DNA from: Styela clava
Taxonomy: Eukaryota
NCBI RefSeq assembly: GCF_964204865.1
Contig: NC_135262.1
Location: forward strand, 7,502,001-7,566,000
Direction: 5' to 3'
DNA: 64,000 nt
Shown piece by piece: positions 12,301 through 27,300 of the stretch (positions are counted from its first letter, which is position 1; each line of letters begins with the position of its first letter). The position numbers were made by a program, and so were the translations under genes. Under the pieces are notes generated by a model. That model had not been told where the DNA came from, made no database searches, and saw only the letters and a list, made by a program, of their open reading frames with translations.

Positions 12301-15300
12301 AGTTCTAGAAGTCATGCTGTGTTTACAGTAACTGTCGAAACTAAAGAACATACCGGTTTGTATTTTGTGTTAATCTTACCCCAGAACAAGTGGTGATAAC
12401 TAATTTAACGCTCTAATAAAGTGTCTCAAAAATGGTATGTACCACTTGTCTACTTGTTCCGCACTTTGGAACGTTTATTTGCGGTGGCTCCGCCAGGGAC
12501 AGTGGTTTTTGGAGGTGAATCATGAATCAGAAATGGACCCATAAAAGAGTTCTGAAAATCTATATTATAAATAATACTTCAAATTTTGCAAAAAGTTCAC
12601 AAACTACTCATAAATGAAGACTAATAAATTGTGAATCTATGAGACTATGACCCACATTCTTGTTATCCGTGAAAAATATATAATGTGTGTTTCACCCATT
12701 CAGTGAAAAGGGTTGCAACCTGCACTGTTTGGGATGGATGAAAATTCAGAAATACCTCGGTAGTCGAACGACTCGATACTTCAACAATTCGGTAGTTGAC
12801 CAAAAAATTCCAGTCAAAATGATGCGGCACTCGATCGATGCTCAAACACACGAGCATGCTGCCAAGTGAGATGACGCTACTCATCCTCGCATCTCGACTG
12901 CCTCTCGACAAGAGAGCGATGCTCGATTATGTGCATACAAGCTTAATTTTCCATTTTAACTTTAATTTTTCAGCTAGCATTACCAAAGTGAGACAATCTG
13001 TATTAAATCTTGTTGATTTGGCTGGTTCTGAGAGACAAAAAGATACACTAGCAAGTGGAACACAGCTTAAAGAAGCCGGAAAAATAAACGGATCCCTTTC
13101 AGTTCTCGGACAAGTTATCATGGAATTAGATGATGTTGCTCACAATAAAACAAGACATATTTCTTACAGGAACTCAAAGTTGACATTTTTATTGAGGGTG
13201 AGATTTAGGCAGAAGTTTGTTTTTTATTCACTTGGTTTGTTTGTTATTGTTATTTGTGAGTTTGGATTAATCAAGATTATAAAACAAAATTATGGTATAC
13301 ATCAATATCATGCCTAAGTAGGTAGAGTTTGGAATTAAATCGCGGGGACCTGGTGGTGTGCTGCGATTGGGCCTGTTATAACTATAAGGTGATACCTCGG
13401 TAATCGAACAACCTGATACTCGAACGAAAATTCAGTGCTAAAACACAAGAGTGTGCCGCCCAGTGGGATGACGTCACCCATGGAACCCACATCTTTATCT
13501 TTATTAATACACGTTTAAATAATTATGTTGTTTAGGTACGTTTACGTTTTGTTGATAAATTGGGTATTTCGGAATGCTTAGGTACGAATTAAAATAATTT
13601 CCATTTTTTAGTGCAAAAAAAAGGTTCGTTACTCGAACAAATTTTTAGTCGAGCACCTATCCTGAACGAATTATGTTTGCCAACCGAGGTTATCACTGTA
13701 ATTATGTTAGCATCGCAAATTAAGATTCCAAATCTTCAGTAATTGTAAAAAATACTATCATTGAGCCTAAGTTTGTGGAGAGAAGTTGAGTATTTCCATG
13801 AGAATGATGTAAATCAAACTTTTCTAAGTGGACGAAGCATTTTTATTAGTCTATTAAATGAGGATTGCATATGCCAAAGTTTTTTTCAATCAAGTTTGAT
13901 TTCTTCTTGATTTTAGAGACAAAACTAATATCAACCCGAATTTGGGGTTCAAAGTCGGAGTCAAAATTTCTGATTTGGGGTCAACGGTCAATAATCTGTT
14001 GCCAATTTCTTTCCAGAGCCGTGATATAAAACTTAAAATTTCTTTTAGGATTCTCTTGGTGGAAATGCGAAAACTTTTATAATCGTTAATGTTCATCCGA
14101 ACGCACAATTCTTCGGTGAAACTACTTCTACTCTACAATTCGCGGCTCGAGCGAAACAAATCAAAAATAGAGCAAGAGTGAATGAAAATACTCAAGGAGA
14201 TTATACACAATTACAGGTAAATGCAATTTAATTTTTTTTTTTAAGAAATTTCCTAATATTCAATGGCAGACTGTTTTGATTCTTTTCCTGCCATTGTGAC
14301 AAAACAATACTTTCTTTAGCTTTCATTTGATTACTGTGCTGGATTAAGTTTTAAACTGTAACTGTTACTCTGACTTTTGCACAGTTTAATGAGTTTTCAT
14401 CGGTGCATGAAAATGTAGTACAAATTTACAATAATACTATTGTTTAAACCAGGGGTGTGCAACCTTTAATACAGAAGGGTCAAATACAAATAACTGGGTG
14501 AAGCCACGTGCCGCACCTTTATTCAAATGTGCTTTCTAGTAGTTGCAGGCACAAAAGTGATTGGAAAGAGATTGGAACTTCTCAGTTCTCACACAAACCA
14601 GATTAAACTAAATCAAAAATTCTTTTTGTTGCCGCACACCATTCAAAATTGCCACTTTCGCACAATTTGGGCCGCATTCGGTCCTCGGATCGTACATTGC
14701 ACACACCTGATTGAAACTATACAGAATACAAAGTAATACTTTTTGTTTTCCCTTCCCAAAAATTCGTCTTGGGGAAATATTTCTACTCAGTTGGGAAACG
14801 CTGGCATTTTCATTATCGGTCCTGTCATAGAGCTTGCTTCTATATATTATATTCTTAACTTCTGACCAGCAAAAAGTATCTCCTAATCAAATAAAATGGC
14901 CTTTGTAATTGTAAGCCATATTTCATTATTCTAGACTGAGATAGAAAGATTGAAAGCCATAATATGTCGATATGAAAGTAGCGGAAAAAACAGAACATTA
15001 GCAAGTATAAGTGATCAAGTGGAATCTGAACTTTCTAAAGGTTTGTCTGATATTTTAAACGTAGTAATTTTTCAATTGGTGGCTCATATAAATGATCGAA
15101 AAGTTTTCCAGTATTACTTCTCAATATTTTTTAATGTCGTTTTTATAGGCTTTTCAATTCGAACGAAGCCTTGTACGAGCAGCTACTGCTAGGTATGAAG
15201 TTGCTATAGTTTTAGAGGAACGGCATTTACCACGACCTGGGTCAGGTGGTGACCATGGGATTTGAACCCAAGATTTTTAACCTGCGATGCCAATACTGCC

Positions 15301-18300
15301 GATTTAGAACCGCTATGTGGCCCCTTCGCAGGACAAAGGCACTGTTAGAGAAACCTATTCTGTTTTTTTTTTTATGTGTATTCTACCTGGCCCAAATATA
15401 ATGACACCTTTTTTTTTTCAGATTATTATTACGACGATATAAGACAAATGTTTTTTAACGCGATGCAAATGAATCACAGACTAAGAGACGAACTAGAAGC
15501 GACTAAAAATCATATCACAAAAATGAATAACTTTAATATGTCCCGTAATTTTATTATTAAATTACGAGATTCAAAAATTTCTGAGTTGAGAAAAGGAAAA
15601 ACTCCAGAAAGGGATGAAGAAATTGAAGCATTGAAAAAAGAACTGCAAGCTGTGAAAGACCAGGCTAGTAGACTCTGTAGCTCTTTGGACTTACTCTCTC
15701 AGTCTCAAATATCAATCTCCTTTATTTATGACTGAGTGAGTGTGACCTTGTTTTGAGTAATTTTTGGAATTTGAATCGATTGGATTATGATTTTCAGGAT
15801 TTTTACAGTGATAATAGAAATCAAAATTTTTAACAAAAATTCTTAAAATAATTAGGTATGCCAAATAAAGCTCATCATCAAAATATGATTTTTTAAGTTC
15901 GGAGCTTCAGTCCAATCCAAATTTTCACCAACTCAAAGTCAGTATCAAGAGTCAAAATTCTCGAGTCGAGTCTATTGTAGAATATTTCCAGACTATACCA
16001 TCCTGTATAGAACAACAGTCAAAATTCATAAGTCTCAATATTAGAGATATTCAAGATGCAATTTATAAATATATCATATTCATTATTAACAGCTTTTGCA
16101 TAACCCTGAAGTTGCTTTACAAAAGACGAAAATAACGGAGTTACAACACGAAGTCGAAAAACTTCGACAGACTACATTAAGAGTCAAGGTACATACCGAA
16201 CATTTTGAGTATTATATATAGGATTGCTCAGCGAGAAAAGGGCACTCACTCAAGACGGAGTGAAACCCCCCTCACTCTAAATTTGAGGCAATCTGTTTCA
16301 TATTTATGGACAAGGTCATAATATGGTATATCTGTTTTAAATATATTGTTTTATTCTGTTATAAATCTTTTGTATTTGTGATTCTGAAAATTTTTTCCTA
16401 ATGTTAACTGTTTCAATAAACACTTGTTAAAGTCGGACTGGTGCCAAAACAGATAACGCCTAACACCAGTTAGCTCCCTAGCATCTGTGTTCAAAACAGG
16501 GGCGCTCAATATCCCGACTTTAACTCATTGTTATTCCTATATGGTCCTTCTTTGCATGTTCAAAAATAAATATTGTCATCTCGTAAATGTATTTCTTTAT
16601 AATACGAATGAAGATATTAACATTTTATAATATTAACTACATCATCACCAAGTAAATTCTGTTTGGTCGAGATGCCGTAAAACTGTAAAATTTCTATTCA
16701 AGCTATTAAAAGAACAAGAAAAAGAACTGGATCAATTGTACGAGCAATTGCTCAGTGAAATGGAACCAGATTCGTTCATGCATAGCAGAAGAGAATCTGT
16801 TTTCGATTCCAATGGTTCGACACCAAATTTTGTCAACGATGCCGCTGACAAAGCAAAAATAGCAGAATTGGAACAAAAATTGAAATCCAGAAATGATGAA
16901 TTTGCACAATTAGAGTAAGTATATTATTAGAAAAAGTATAATTTCAATTATTTAACCAGATTTGCAAAGTTTCAATTTTACGACCCTGTTATTATGCACG
17001 ACAGTTACATGATTGAATTCTGGGCTCGGTGGTTAGCGGATTGTGCCACATACTCGCCGTCGCACCTCTTATCACCCTACACGGGTATGCAAGTTTGAAT
17101 CCTGTGTGGCATAGTTATATCAAAAGGGTTACTATTACTAGACTCCTTGTCACTGATGGGTGGTTCATGTATCAATTCCACTCGTGCATTTGAAACAAAT
17201 AACTGATTATATATTCCCATACCCAACATGGATTGCTAACTGGACGAGAGGCTGTAGTACGCCATATGATAAAGACGTTATATGATTATATCATCATTCC
17301 GATTACCTTTTCGACGAATGAATATGAAATGACTTTTTTTAAAAGCTGTGAAAGTGTTTAATTAATCAAGTAATATACTCGAAGAAGTGAATTATTACGT
17401 TTGGCCCATCTCTGCAAGTAACATACACCCTCGTTTAGAGAAAAGAGCGCGAACCTTGAGGCTGAACTTAAAAGCACACAAAATCAAGTGAAAGACTTGG
17501 AAGGAGTTTTACACGCTAATCTAGCTGAGGACACAATGCAGCGAAGAAGATTAAGTAAAATGCATGAAAATGCCATCATTCGCATCACAACACCCAAAAG
17601 AAAAAACACAGAAGGTGCTAGTTCGTCACGTTCCAAAATAGCACGAGGTAGTTCGATACCATCTGGATTAGATAGTAAGTAAACGTTTATAGTAGAACAG
17701 TCTTGCAAGTTGGACTCAAGTTACCAGTTGTCAGAGAGTCTTCCAAATCAGTGTTTCTCACATTGAGTGTCCATGACCCCTGGGGGCCTTGATGTCTACA
17801 CAGGGGTCCGCAAAGATATGATAAAAGTCTGATTGATCTTTAATGATCGATTTCAATTTGAAAGCCATTGCAAATTTTTGGTCAAGCGTTGCGGACGAAT
17901 ATCCATTATAGTCAAATAATGCAATAACTTTTTTTTGCTCCTGAAACTACCTACATGTGTGAGGCAGCATTTTCAGCTCTTACCAATATGAAGACAAAAT
18001 ACAGGTCTAGACTTGCCGTAGAGTCTGACTTAAGAGTTTGTTTGTAACAAATTGCTCCGAGAATTGATAAATTATGCAGTAGGAAGCGACCGCATCATCA
18101 CATCAATGTCGTTTGTGTCGTATTGTAAATGAAAACATTATCCTTCTTCATTGGTTAGGCATAAAAATTGATACGGCATAGGATGGGGATCAGTCATAAC
18201 CAAGATTCATAAATAGGGGTCCATCACCTGAAAAGTTCAGGAACCCTGCTCGAAATGGAACGACCTGACCTGTGATCAACTAACCCCCAATGAGACTTAA

Positions 18301-21300
18301 CTCAGCGATTGACTCGACTTCGGATTTGATGAGACTTAATAGGCTCGTTACCCGGGTTTAGGGACCCGGCACTGTAGTAAATAATGATCGTTTATAGAAA
18401 TCCAATGTCGGGAGACTCGAGTTAGATTCATTTATCAAAGAGCCGATTTTGAAAATGCCTGAAATCACAAATTGAAAACCATTGACTTTATTGATAAGTC
18501 ATATCTTTTCCTTTTCAATAAATCGAATTACTTGTTGCTTTTTTATTTCAGTGTTCACTGTTTAGTGTTCATAAAATTCTGTTCCATTTTCACAGGTTCT
18601 GAAGCACTTTTTGATGATGATTTCTTTTTGAATGTATCGATGTTAACGGATCAAAAAATGCCTGAAGTTATGGAAAAAATGGTCCATGAAGAATTACAGG
18701 AAGAACTTCAACAAGTATGTAATGTTGTACAATTTTAATCTTTTTTTACTTTGTTTCATGTATCATTGCTAGGGATTTGGATCAAGAGTTGGCTTGTTTT
18801 TATTGATATTGGAATCACAGTTGTATTTTCAAACTACCCAGAGATGAATGAGTCGAACTTTTAAATTGTTAAGAGTAGAAAGTTCAGACTTGTAAATTAT
18901 AATGAAGATCAAACATATTGGACAGAAACTAGAAGCATTAAGTTCACCACCCGTAAATATTCTTAATATTCAATTGAAGATGGCTTGCACATATCAAATT
19001 TTGGTTTTCTTGTAGTTTTAAGACGGTGTTATTGTCAAAATTTTCTTCGAATAAAAAATGGCTTTCAGAAGTCAATCATGAAATTTGCATTGCATAAAAA
19101 CAACAGCAATGGGTCTTATTAACATGTACTGCATAATTTAAATTGGATCTGTGAACTTATAAAAAAATTATAGTTGCCTCAAAACTCATGGCTGAAAAAT
19201 TAAAAACAAGTTCGACTCTGGGTTGTTAACCTAATTCAACTCGCACTCCAGATTAAAAAAATATTCGACTCTGACCCAGTTCTGAACTCTGAGAAATCCA
19301 ATCAAACTTTGAGATTTTTTGTCTTCGTTCTTTCTCTGGTTGTCTGTTGATAATGCCAAGTCAGAACTTGATGCTCTATGTGTTTCTGGCATAAATTTTT
19401 ACTATGATCAACATTACTACAAAAATCTAAAATTAACTGAAGTTTTGATTTGACGCCAAGTTTAAACTGACGACACCAAATTCACTGCTATATATATTTC
19501 AAGTAAATGACTGTTCTAACTTCTAAAATCATTTCGTTGAGTCCTGTTCTGGGGCGCCATTCGCCAAACTTCTTTATCGTTTAACGTGTTAGTAAAGCAC
19601 CCACTTTCTCGTAAAAGGCAAAAATGGTATTCTCGAAGTATCGTTAATATTCGAGAGAAATTTTTGCGCGCCAAAACAGGCGTCTCGTAAAGAGTCTTCT
19701 CTCATTTTACCGAGAATCTGTATTCACCAACGTACTTTAACGCACCGGAGTGCTCGCAAACTAACGAGGGAAAAATTTTACTCGTTAACAGTAGTTCGGC
19801 CTGTTCTTAGCATGAATTAAAGTGAAAATGTATGTGTGTTTGTTTGTAACAGTATCTACATAATAATTAAACGGTATAACTAAGACGGGATACATGTTCA
19901 ATACCTTACTGGCCTAAGACAAGTACGTGCGACATGCACCCCAACAAATGCTGTGGTGTTTGCATACAAAAATTTGTATCAAAAATCTCTAAATGCCTAA
20001 CTTAGGTAGGAGTGACTGCAGTCTAGTGACTGTGGACCAACCTACATATGCCAACTAACAACGTACCAACATCAAATATGGGATTACATATTCATCTATT
20101 TTGTTGTCTGTTACAGAAGTAGTTTAACAATATGTATCTAAGAATTTATTCCATTCATCCATAGATTACTGCTATATTCCCCAAACTTTAAATCACAGGC
20201 TGCAAAAAGTAAAACAGAGATTATTGCAAAATAGGCTTATCTGCGCTGGGAGGCTGGCGGCAGTGAATGATACGATTGAGTGATCATACAGTGGTTTTTG
20301 TTCATTGACGACTGTGCGTTAGATTTCGAGAGAACTTGCGTGACCGTGCGTAAAGTTTTTAGATTGTTTCGTGAATCGCACTTAACGAGATTTCGTAACT
20401 GCGTTTTTGAGAGACAAGGTTACGTGCTCGTAAACGCGGCTTTTTACGAAGTTTGGCGAATGGGATCCCAGGTCAGTCTTCTAAAATTGTTAGCTCACTT
20501 CAAAATCAGAGCTATGATCATTTTTGTCCTTACTGTCCCATGTAACGATGTAACATAATTTTTTTTTTATTTTTTCAATATTTATCACAGGTCAAACAAG
20601 AAATGGAAAAATTTAAAGAAGAAAGCTTATCTAAGGATTGTGATTTGGCTTCAGTTAGGAAATCTGAAAATACATTGATGGAAAAGTTAGCTTTAATTAC
20701 GCAGGTTTGTATACTAATACTCATGCTTTTGTAACTTCATCCTGATTGGTCTAGATCTGTGTAGTGGGAATCCGAAATGTTTTCACTGGATTCGTAGTCT
20801 GTCGTATTTTCCAATTTTCCATAGCATAAACCAGGGGTAGGCAAGGTTTTGTGCACCAGCGGCGAAAATTTCTCCCATTCGAACTGGCGATCATGTAAGT
20901 GTTACATAAATGATTTGTTACAGTGGCAAAGAATATTGTATTCTCTTAAAACAGCAAAGTTTTTTTGTCATACAAGAAGCACTGCAGTTGATCCAGTCTT
21001 TTGACAATTCCTTCCTTTTTGAAATGTCTGGTCCTGTTATCGATTTTTATTTCCTTGACAGTCTTGTGTAAAAATTAGGCTCTAATAATTTAGCTATCAA
21101 TCTTCATGAATTAGAGTCGGAAAAGGGATCCAGCAACAGTTTAACTATACTACATGGCAAGAATTTGTGAGCTAGGAACAAAATAATAACATTAAGATAG
21201 TGTTGTGGTGAGTTAACAAAACTTTGTCATAACTAAATTGAAACGTTAGGCTGTGCATGGCCACACACGACAATCGCAAGAGGCAAAAGAAAGATGTGTG

Positions 21301-24300
21301 CAAGAGTTAGAGAGACGGGGTAAAATTTTGTAGTCTGGAGTCATCGTTCCTCTGTATTCTAAGGATGGCTATAGTTTCCTAGTCTTGGTTTCTAAGTATT
21401 TTTATCTGTTATCCATCCTGATCAAACTTTATGGGTTGTGGTTTGAAATTTGGATTTTGTTTTTAGAATCTTTCGGATGCAAAAAATCAACTATATTGGC
21501 TGGAAGCTGATGCAGCGACACATAAAGCAAATCTTCAAGGTAAAAAGCATTTCATATATTTGCCCATTCTACAATGATCTTTTTAAAGGCTGTATGATAA
21601 GCCAAGGCCAAGTAAATTTTGTAACGAAGATATAGAATTTCAAGTAAAAACATATTTCCGGGAAATGAACAAAATTATGTAGCACCAAATTGTTTATTTA
21701 ATCATAAGTTTTAATCTTGTTATGAATTAAAGTTCTCATAATTAAATAATCTAATTAATTAAATAATCCAAAAAATTTCTATTATTCCACTGTTTTGATA
21801 TGCTTAATCTAATCAGTTGCTTTTCCTGACCCATGACCCCATAGATGGTGTTCTTACACTTCATCATTTTATTTCCTATTTTAAATGTATTTTCGAGAGT
21901 GAGCGTCGAAATTGGTTGTTTCAAAAACATGGTTTTGTTACAAAATTTACAAGTAGCTTCCATTCTAAAGTATCGATAGCTAAATTTGAAAAGCTTCGTC
22001 TATCCCGTTTTTTTGGCCGATTCCAATTGAGTAAAAAGATAACATATGAACATATGAAAACAAGCCAATGATTTCAGTCATGCATCAAATTTTAGTTGTA
22101 ATGTCATTGTTGACTTATTCAGAATTAGTCACGATCACGAATATGGACAGGAAATTTTGGGAAATATCTATTTTCAGCATGCAGATATAGCAGATATACT
22201 TTTTTCTCTATTTTCTTAGGTAAAATGGAAGAACTTGATGAGGCAAGGATAATGTTGGAAAGTCAAGGGGAAGTGATAAAAGAATATAAAGACAAAGAAA
22301 AGTCACTAACAACGGTATTATTTAATATCAGTGCTGTTCAACCTTTTTCCCTCTTGTGTGGTATGCTATTGGCTTACATGGAACCCTAATTAGGAAAAGT
22401 AAAAACACATATCAATGTATGAAGGTTGGTATTGGTCATTCCAACGATAATAATGCGGAGTTACCACAACAGTTAAATAATATATTGAATCTTCATTTCT
22501 TGCATTTATCTCACAAACTGCTGAAATCTTGGCCCTAGAGTGGTTCATACAATCATGCTCATATCTACACTACTCAAGCGACTTATGGGTTAGTTTTTCA
22601 CTGTTGTTAAAAGTAGAAACTGTTTCACGCAAATAAAACTGGCAAATTGTACAGTTTACACACACAGGTTCGGGAGTGTAAGCGGACGGAAGGCTGTGAT
22701 TCGACATTTGATTAGGTCATCTTGTCGACTTTTCTCTGGATAAATATGTAAATTCTATATTATCAATGAGCGAGATTCTTCCACAGAATCCTACAGAATC
22801 CCATAGAGTGTTTTGTGGAACATCAGGGCTATTCTATTGTTGGAAGGCTTGAGTAATTGATGTACTTAAGTTGTACAGAGTCACCTTATATCAAAGATTC
22901 GAAGGCATTCGTCATCAACTAACCACCATTCAGATTTAACTTTGATGGACTCGACAAATGACTCTGTCCTGTGGTCTTCTACCCAACACGGTTATAGTGT
23001 AAACATCTTGAGCCGCTGCCATTAACAGCATAATAACTTATTTTTTCATACAGTTCTGTCCTGTGCATACTAAAGTATAAGAAGTTAGTATTTTTAAAAG
23101 GCTATAACCCTTTCCGTTCTGTATTGCTCGACCAATTTATAGTACCCTTGTGAGGTGTTGAGCACGAGGTGCGAGCAAGAGTCTCACTCACATAACACAC
23201 TCACTCACATGTTTCAGAGAATCACTAATTTGGAAGCAGAGTTGTTCCAGAAGCAAATCCACCATTCTAAAATAGAAAAAGAAAACGAAGATTATTTAAA
23301 AGAAGCGCAGACTTTAGAAGTTGACGTTTTGAATCAAAAACTTGAACTCGAATTCTTTGGAGGAAAATTAAAAGAAAAAACTCAATTGTTAGAATCAGAA
23401 CAAATTAAAAACAAAGACTTGATTGCAGATTTGAAGGTTTGCTTCGATAATTTGAATTTAGATAGTTTATATTTATTTCAGAGATAAAAAGTTGATCGCT
23501 TTGTTTCTGGTGGGAGTCGTAAACTGGAGCAAACTAGCCTCGGCAATGGCTAGTAAAATTGCTTTTGTCTCCGCGAAGTGTACAAATAGATCGTTTTTCT
23601 GCATTGCTGTTGTGAGAAACCGCTTTTCTTCACAACTGAGGGATCAATCAATTTCAAATTTTCATCGCTTGAAAATGATCAAAGCTGCTAGAAGTCCGAG
23701 CCCTATAGGACCCCCGTATATTTCACCCAAAATTTTACTTTTTTATTTCGATTCACAGGAACATTTTTTATGTAATATGGGAACTCTTTATTCTGTCATT
23801 CTTGTCTGTCTACCTTTTCAGTAAATTTGGTGGTCCAAAAAGGCCCAGTAGGGATAGTGACCTCTGCGTCCATATAGCTACATATTGCTCACCAAGTTTT
23901 ATTTCAAGTATTCTACGGGGCTCTTTGGTAACTGCTTTTTTAACGCAAAAGTCGCTTAATTCGATCAGATCACCACCCTGTTTTAAACTCAATATGGAAC
24001 TTACTATGTCATTTTTCTACGTCAGGAGAAAGAAGCACTTTTGGTACAGGAAAAAGAAAACTGTTTTACGCTGCAACAACAATTAGAAGGTGAAAGTAAA
24101 ACAACTTCTGAACAATTATCATTATTGCGCAATTCTAAATTTGAATTAGAAAAAAGACTTGCAATCAGGGAAGAGGAAATTACTACACTGAATACAGGAA
24201 AAGAAAATTTAAATATAGAGTTAGAAAATGTGAAAAAGGAGAGATTGGAAGATCAGGTTGGTTTAAGTAAAACTTAACTTGTAGGGTTTATTTTAAATAT

Positions 24301-27300
24301 GCTCATACTACATTGGAAATGTGTTTTTATGAGCACAATGGCTAAATTGTTGAGTCTGATCGTTCCCAACACATTTCAAGAAAAGGAAGCGCGATCTGAA
24401 ATTGTCACGATTGGATTCCTTGGAATAAAATTACTAATGTACCGAAAAAAAAAACTTTGCGCTGAAACAGAATTTTAAAATATTGCAGCGAATGAAACTA
24501 ATGGTGCGAAATACTGAAAATAACATGTAAGTATTTGACATAGTTCAACACGGTCTGTTGTCCTAACAATAATACGATTATCCCAATCCTTAGAAAAAAA
24601 AATTTTTAGAATAATTTTGTACTGTTAGTCTGTTCATTTTCATACCTAACTTTGTCTTCCATTATTTATTGTGTGTTAATGGCAATCCAATGAATAGTCA
24701 TCTACGGACACCCTCATTCAAATGGTACTTTTGACTTAATTTTTTATTATCTATGCCAGGGTGGTCCAAGGTTGTCGGTCTTGCGGGCCACACTATTATT
24801 TTTGGATTGTTCGCGGGCCACAATAGTGCCAAGAATAGATAAACAGTGCAATACAAAACAAACATTTTTATTGTCCAAACATATTGATCATTATTTGTCA
24901 TTTATCAAGCTAAAACACGCAAAAACCACCAGAAAACTCACTAAAACCTGCACAGATCGTACCATATCTACATTTAGTTGAAGATTTCCAACTCTGCCAT
25001 AAGGAGAAAATGCTGCTTTAGATTGTCACTGACACAACTTGCATACATATCAAGAAGGCATTGTGGTATTTTCCATCCCATATCCAGTCAAAAATCTGTT
25101 TGAATTGGTCAGTTTTCTTCAAACTCATGTTTACAAAATAACTTACAAATATCTGCTGATTAATTGATTACCGAATTTTAGTAAATTCGAGATACAGGCG
25201 ATTAATAATATTTAGTTATCAGGCATAGTCAACCTAGGCTAATAAATTCCAATCTCGATTTTTAGTTTTGTATGAAGCCTATTTTGTTAGCATATATTCC
25301 TGACCAAAAAAATAGAAATCCAGCAGTTAACAATATAGACTGCCAAGCACATTATTCAACTTCGCTACAACTAGCCATAACACTAGTCACTTCGGTGACA
25401 TTAGTGATGTAACAATATGTCCAAAGATTTTTCTGGCGAAACAACACCAAATGAGATTTTTGTTTATCCTCCCGCAAATGCGACGCGGGCCACAGATTAT
25501 GAAGTGGCGGGCCAGGGTTTGGACCACCCTGATCTATGCAATGCCATTCCTATCACTAACTTACTGTTTACCAGATTGCTATTAAAACACTGCATAAACA
25601 ATACATGGAATTGCAAGGTTCTTATTTTGAAATGCAAAATCAAAATATTGGATATGAAGCTGAAATAGAGGAATTTAGGGAAGAGATGAAAAGATCTGAG
25701 TCTTATTTGGAAAAAGAAAGAAAATTGAGGGAAACGTTTGAAAGGAAATTGAATGATGAAAGAGAAGTTTATAAAACAAAAGAATCGAAATATGAATTTC
25801 AGGTAAGACTTTTAGACATCAATTTTATAAAAATCGCTTTTCTCTTCAACTACTAGACCAATTGTTTTGAAATTTTCAGTGGTTAAAGATTGTATTTTTT
25901 GCTAGAAGGCTATTACTTTTGTTTATTTAAAAAATTTCTGCGATTATGTCTTCACGTTAACGATCTTGTGGTTCCATGAAGTCGTATATACTGTGGTGCC
26001 AGATGACTACGGTGACCAACTGCTTACTTGTACTACTTTGTGTTCGTATATTTGAGTATTGCTCTCTTGTTCTATTCTTATATCGGCAATCAGGTTGGCG
26101 GTCAGCAACTAAGAAATCAAATTTTGAATGCTAAAAAATTGGTAATAGGAACCTTCTTTAATAACCTGTTAGGAACGATTGGTCAACTATTTTTAGTTGC
26201 TGTAGAAATCTCTACTCGACGAATTCAAAATTTTGATTCTGGGGGGTTTGAAAATATGAATCCGGTTCTGGTGTAATCATGCCATACTGCAACTCCCTTA
26301 TTGTGCTCTTAATCTGCTATGTCTTATAACCTGTGTTGCAATACATCTATGTAGTTTCGTAATAAATTTACAGATGGAGTCGTTACAAGAAGACGTGATT
26401 TGCTGGAACGAACAATATTCTGCTTTAGATAAAAAACTAAAAATTGCAGAAGAAAAGGTGGAAGATACTAAGAAAACCATTGAAAATTTACAAAAGGAAA
26501 TTAACAAAAGAGAAGAAATAATAATAGAAAAAGGAAAGGAGACTGAGGTTGGCCTTGTCTTACTCCCATGACGGTTCACATTGATTTTACCTCAGTAGTA
26601 TTAAATTACATTGTCCTTAGCCCATCATTGTACGGTAATCACATTGTCAGTGACTTCATCATCTTGATTTTTTCAGCTTATGTGAAACGAACGAAACATA
26701 GCTCAAACTCAAGTGAATAAGATAAAATCAAATTGTTAGCCTCGACTCTAACTCAATAATAATTTTTATAATATTCTTGTCTCATTTCTTTTAATTTTTA
26801 GAGAATCTTTCGGTTTTGTGAGTTTGTAGCAATTCTTTCCAATTGTATTTACCTTGAAAAATATATTTGAATAGTTTGTCTTTTCCCAAATCTCAAATAT
26901 ATGGACATAAAGGCTACCATCGATAAGGCCTGAGAGGATGAAAGTACCGAGTTCACTCTGAAAAGATTGGCGTAGAAATGTAACAGTATGGTTAACCATA
27001 ATGGAATAAAAAGTTTACCCTTTATTTAAAATAAAATGCAAAATTTTGGTGAAATACTGTGTCCTTTGGTGGTGGTGGTAATATAGGCTAAACTAGCCAA
27101 ATTTGCAACGAAAGGTTGAGTTGACTTCTTTCATCGTCAACTTTGTCTTTTGTGTGTTTTAGGTGAAATTAAAAAAAATTGAGAGCTTGAAAGAAGAATT
27201 GGTTGAGAAACACAAGATTGAACTTAGAGAAACAAGAGAAATGTTGTAAATATAATTTCCTATATTTTTGTATCAATTCAAACAATGTTATTGAAAATCT

